From NCBI GenBank assembly GCA_040954595.2, contig JBECUI020000027.1, positions 386,630 to 450,629 of the forward strand: a DNA stretch of 64,000 nt. The letters run 5' to 3'. The notes beneath the pieces are model-generated. The model worked only from the letters and a program-made list of their open reading frames with translations, did no database searches and was not told the DNA's origin. Both the position numbers and the translations under genes were made by a program. Every line of letters starts with the position of its first letter. The stretch's first letter is position 1. This document shows positions 60,066 to 64,000 of this stretch, piece by piece. This DNA comes from Balanoglossus misakiensis. Taxonomy: Eukaryota > Animalia > Hemichordata.

Positions 60066-61472
60066 TCATACCCGATGAAGAGGTCTTCCCAAGACAGCCA
60101 AAGCTGCTTCTCTTAAGGTTTCAGAAAGAGTTGGATGTCCATGGATGGTCAGAGCAATGTCTTCAGCACTTCCACCAAAAGCCAGGACGCTTATCGCTTC
60201 GGCTATCAATTCCGAGGCATGGGGGCCAACCATGTGAACTCCCAGCAAGCGCTTGTCTCCAGGTTCGGTGAGAATCTTGACAAAACCTTCACTTCTGGCG
60301 GCAGAGAGGGCCCTCCCGTTGGCAGAAAAAGGAAAGCTTCCTTTTTCGTAGGGTTTACCCGCCTTGTTAAGACTTTCTTCACTCTCCCCCACCCAAGCAG
60401 CTTCAGGATCAGTATAAACAATTCCTGGAATTTGACCTAGTTCAGGAAATGGTTCTTCTCCAGCCAAGAGGGCTGCCAAGGCAACCCCCTCATCTTCGGC
60501 CTTATGGGCCAGCATGGGACCCGGGATAAGATCACCAATGGCATAGATTCCAGGGATACTGGTGCAGTAACGAGAATCTACGGCCAAAGATCGTCCATCG
60601 GGACTAAGAGCCAGTTCCAGTCCTTTTCCTAAGGCACTGGTCAGAACAGGCCGACGTCCTATGGCCACCAGGACTTTCTCCACGCTAAAGGTTTCTTTCT
60701 CCCCCTGGTTTCCCTCTAAAGTCAGGTTCACTTGCGAAGAGGTTAGGGAGGCTGCACTGACTTTGGTATGGATTCGTATATCCAGGCCCTGTTTCTTCAA
60801 AGAAGCCGCCAGGACGCGCGATACTTGAGCATCGGCTTCCGGAAGGATACGGGGCAATACTTCAATGATCGTCACCTTACTACCCAATCGGGCCCAGACA
60901 CTTCCCAGCTCCAGTCCTATGGCTCCTGCTCCAATAATGGCCAAATGGGCTGGAGGTACTTCGAAAGTAAGAGCATCGGTGGAATCTACCACGCTTGTTC
61001 CGTTAAAAGGCAAAAAAGGAAGGGCTATGGGCTGGCTTCCTGTGGCCAGACAGATTTTGTTGGCCTTGAATCTTTGGGCCTTAGCCCCGGTCTGAACCCT
61101 AACGACACCAACAGCTTCTACAATACCCCGACCCCTGAAGACCGTGACACCCCGAGCCTTCATCAGGTCCATGATGCCATTGGTTAGTTTAACCACGACC
61201 TCATGCTTGCGGCTCATCATTTTTTTGAGATCCGCCTTGGCCTTGGAAACGTTAATACCATGTTCAGCGGCCTCATTCGTAATACGATAAAATAGTTCAC
61301 TGGATTCCAAGAGAGCCTTGGAAGGAATGCAGCCTACGTTGAGGCAGGTCCCCCCCAGACTTTCTCTTTCTTCAATCAAGGCTGTATCCAGCCCCCGACG
61401 GGCAGCTTCCAGAGCCAGAACATAACCTCCAGGACCGGAGCCTATAACAATCAGATCAAAAACTTCTTTCAT
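60066..61472 (-). CDS. lpdA: Dihydrolipoamide dehydrogenase
   Basis: GSGPGGY, GGTCLNVGCIPSK and HGHPTLSE. Confidence 0.95.
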   Translation of the reverse strand: MKEVFDLIVIGSGPGGYVLALEAARRGLDTALIEERESLGGTCLNVGCIPSKALLESSELFYRITNEAAEHGINVSKAKADLKKMMSRKHEVVVKLTNGIMDLMKARGVTVFRGRGIVEAVGVVRVQTGAKAQRFKANKICLATGSQPIALPFLPFNGTSVVDSTDALTFEVPPAHLAIIGAGAIGLELGSVWARLGSKVTIIEVLPRILPEADAQVSRVLAASLKKQGLDIRIHTKVSAASLTSSQVNLTLEGNQGEKETFSVEKVLVAIGRRPVLTSALGKGLELALSPDGRSLAVDSRYCTSIPGIYAIGDLIPGPMLAHKAEDEGVALAALLAGEEPFPELGQIPGIVYTDPEAAWVGESEESLNKAGKPYEKGSFPFSANGRALSAARSEGFVKILTEPGDKRLLGVHMVGPHASELIAEAISVLAFGGSAEDIALTIHGHPTLSETLREAALAVLGRPLHRV

Positions 61473-62687
61473 TATGCCAAATCCAAAAGGAGCCTCTCGG
61501 GTTCCTCAATAGTTTGTTTGATGGTTTTTAAGAAGCCAACGGCTTCCCGGCCGTCCACCAGGCGGTGATCGTAACTGAGGGCAAGGTACATCATAGGACG
61601 GATTGTTACCTCTCCTTTTATAGCTACAGGACGATCCTGAATGCTGTGCATGCCAAGAATAGCCGATTGCTTGGGACTTGGCAGGGGCGTAGAGAGAAGG
61701 CTTCCAAACACTCCTCCGTTGGTAATTGTAAAAGTGCCGCCGGTGAGCTCGTCGGGTCCGAGTTTCTTTTCTATAGCTCGCTTGGAAAATCCGATTATCT
61801 CATGTTCTATGGCGGCAAAGGTTTTTTGATCCACAAAGCGTAGAACGGGAGTAATGAGTCCTTTAGGGGTGCTCACGGCCACACTGATGTGGACATGGTC
61901 GCGGTAAACTACCTGATCACCATCGATGTAGGCATTAATGGCGGGATAAGCCCTTAAGGCCGTAGTACTGGCTTTAAGGAAAAAACTCATGAAGCCAGTT
62001 TTGTGCCATGGCGTTCAGCAAATTCATTTTTATATTGAGCCCGCAGGGTCTTTATCCGGCTCATGTCCACCTCGTTAAAGGTGCTCAGAAGAACCATGCT
62101 GTTTTTAGTCAGGCTAAGATTCTCGGCAATCTTCTTGCGGATGCGGCTCAAAGGCTCCCGCCGCTCTGATTCGGTGGAAAAAGGAATGCGCTCTGGCTGC
62201 GGGGGGCTAGCTTTGGAACCTTGGAAACGGCGTCGGGCAGGTCGGCCTTGCTTACTCGCCCACCCTTGCCAGTGCCGGCAATGCTTGTGAGATCCAGTCT
62301 CCTCAGCCTTGCCTGCAAGAGCGCCGATGGAGTAGGAGGCGGGCTTGACGGAGCCGAAGGGGGGGCCGCCGAGGGAGCTTGGGGGGCCGCTGGGGGAGCT
62401 TGGGAGGCCGGCGGGGGGGGAGCTTCTCCTTCAGAGACAGCTTCACCAGCCGCTTCGGTGTCGATGTAGCCTACTACCTGGCCTATACGGACATCTGTCT
62501 GGGCGGGAACTTCAATAATCAACCGGCCTCTGGCAGGAGCAGACACTTCTAAAGTGGTTTTGTCTGTTTCCAGTTCAAAAATGGGCTGCCCTTCGCTAAC
62601 ACCACTGCCATCAGCGAAGTTCCAAGTGGCCAGAAAACCTTCGACTATGGATTCCCCAACTTTGGGAATCTTGATTTCCACTTTCAT
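61472..62687 (-). CDS. sucB: 2-oxoglutarate dehydrogenase E2 with two frameshifts (~62203 and ~61995), probably sequencing errors
   Basis: Lipoyl [23 protein letters not shown] (middle frame) and SYDHRLVDG. Confidence 0.85.
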
Positions 62688-64000
62688 TGCTGCTCCTTTA
62701 GGGAGTTTCGGCGGCTCATTGCCACATCCAGAAGCTCAGCCAACTCTTGCTCATGCTTTTCTTGGGAACCCGTAGCAGGACTTGCTGAGGGAGGACGGCC
62801 TGCATAGACCCAATTCTTTGGATAATCTTCTGAAGCCGAGGCTCCAGGAAACTCCATGGTCCCCGGTTCTTTGGCTCTTCCTGGGCCCAGATAAAAGTTT
62901 CAGCCTTGGCATAACGGGAAAGAAGCTTTTTTAAATCTTCTTCAGGGAAGGGGTAGTACTGTTCCAAACGGAGAAGAACGGTTTCGTCACTTTCTTCCCT
63001 AAAGGTTTTCAAGTCGTAGTAGACATGACCGCTGCACAGAACCACTCGTCGAACTCGAGAAGGGGGCTCAGGATCATCCAAGACATTCCGAAACTTTCCC
63101 TGAGTCATTTCTGCCATGGAGGATCGGGCCTGGGGATTCCTCAGAAGGCTTTTAGGTGTCATGAGTATGAGAGGTTTTCTAAAAGCCTGATGAAGCTGTT
63201 TTCGCAGAAGATGAAAATACTGGGCCGGGGTAGTTAAATTGGCAACCTGAATGTTATCTTCGGCACAGAGAGAAAGGAATCGTTCCAGATAGGCACTGGA
63301 ATGTTCAGAGCCCTGCCCTTCGTAGGCATGGGGCAGGAGCATGACCAAACCGCTGTGACGAGCCCATTTGCTTTCTCCGGCGCTAATGAACTGATCAATA
63401 ATCACCTGGCCCTCGTTCACAAAGTCTCCAAACTGTGCCTCCCAGAGCACCAAGATCTCCGGTTGAACAAGAGAGTAACCATACTCAAAGCCCAGAATTG
63501 AAAATTCAGAAAGAGGGCTGTCGTAAACACTGAAGCGAGCCTGATCTTTGGAAAGTTTCTGAAGAGGAATGTATTCCCTGGGATCTTTACTCGACACGTC
63601 CCACCAGACAGCATGGCGCTGACTGAAGGTTCCCCTACCACAGTCTTCTCCGCTAAGCCTTACCGATCTACCCTCCAGAAGTAGACTCCCAAAGGCCAGG
63701 GATTCGGCCAGAGACCAATCTATTCCACCCCCACTTTCAAGAACCTTTTCTCTACCAGAGATAAAACGGCGCAACTTGCTGTGAATGGTAAAACCTGGAG
63801 GAACATGCAGGAGTTTTTTGCTTATCTCGATGAGCCGGTCTTCAGGAACACCAGTTGAGGGATAATCAAAAGAAAAGCCTCTTTTTACCGTGGACCACCC
63901 TCCTTTGAGGGTTACAAAACCATGGTAACTTGTCATTTGCTTGGCTTCGGCAAGGGAGTCTTCCAGTTTTTTAATGTATTTTTTACGAAAAGCCTCCTGC
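62684..64000 (-). CDS. sucA: 2-oxoglutarate dehydrogenase E1, 3' part (5' is beyond the window; frameshift near 62810)
   Basis: RLSGEDCGRGTFSQRH, WEAQFGDF, LPHAYEGQGSEHSS and QEEPKN; YAGRPPSASPATG lies in the shifted frame. Confidence 0.9.

Overview
This looks like a spirochete chromosome segment. It has the murG-cvpA-holB-like-hk2-rrp2 gene order, a UPF0164/SpoIIE-HAMP/PEGA cluster, TCA-cycle genes and many lipoproteins. Two tandem arrays of surface lipoprotein genes interrupt the core genes. Array 1 (1-11.8 kb) has six paralogues with a conserved stalk and a hypervariable C-terminal domain, plus an inserted block of four small lipoproteins. Array 2 (36.2-46.8 kb) has three LRR-Fn3-GLUG adhesin-like genes separated by hairpin-rich tandem repeats. 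The main discovery is that all eight complete genes of these two unrelated families carry a variable (ACTC)n tract (n = 15, 10, 15, 3, 17; 15, 11, 17) between the start codon and the lipoprotein signal peptide. This is the layout of a slipped-strand translational ON/OFF switch. As assembled, none is in frame with its RBS-proximal ATG, although two have a second, in-frame ATG. Caveat: single-base indels in gltA, sucA, sucB and around 4-6.8 kb suggest long-read consensus errors, so exact tract lengths and pseudogene calls need read-level checks.
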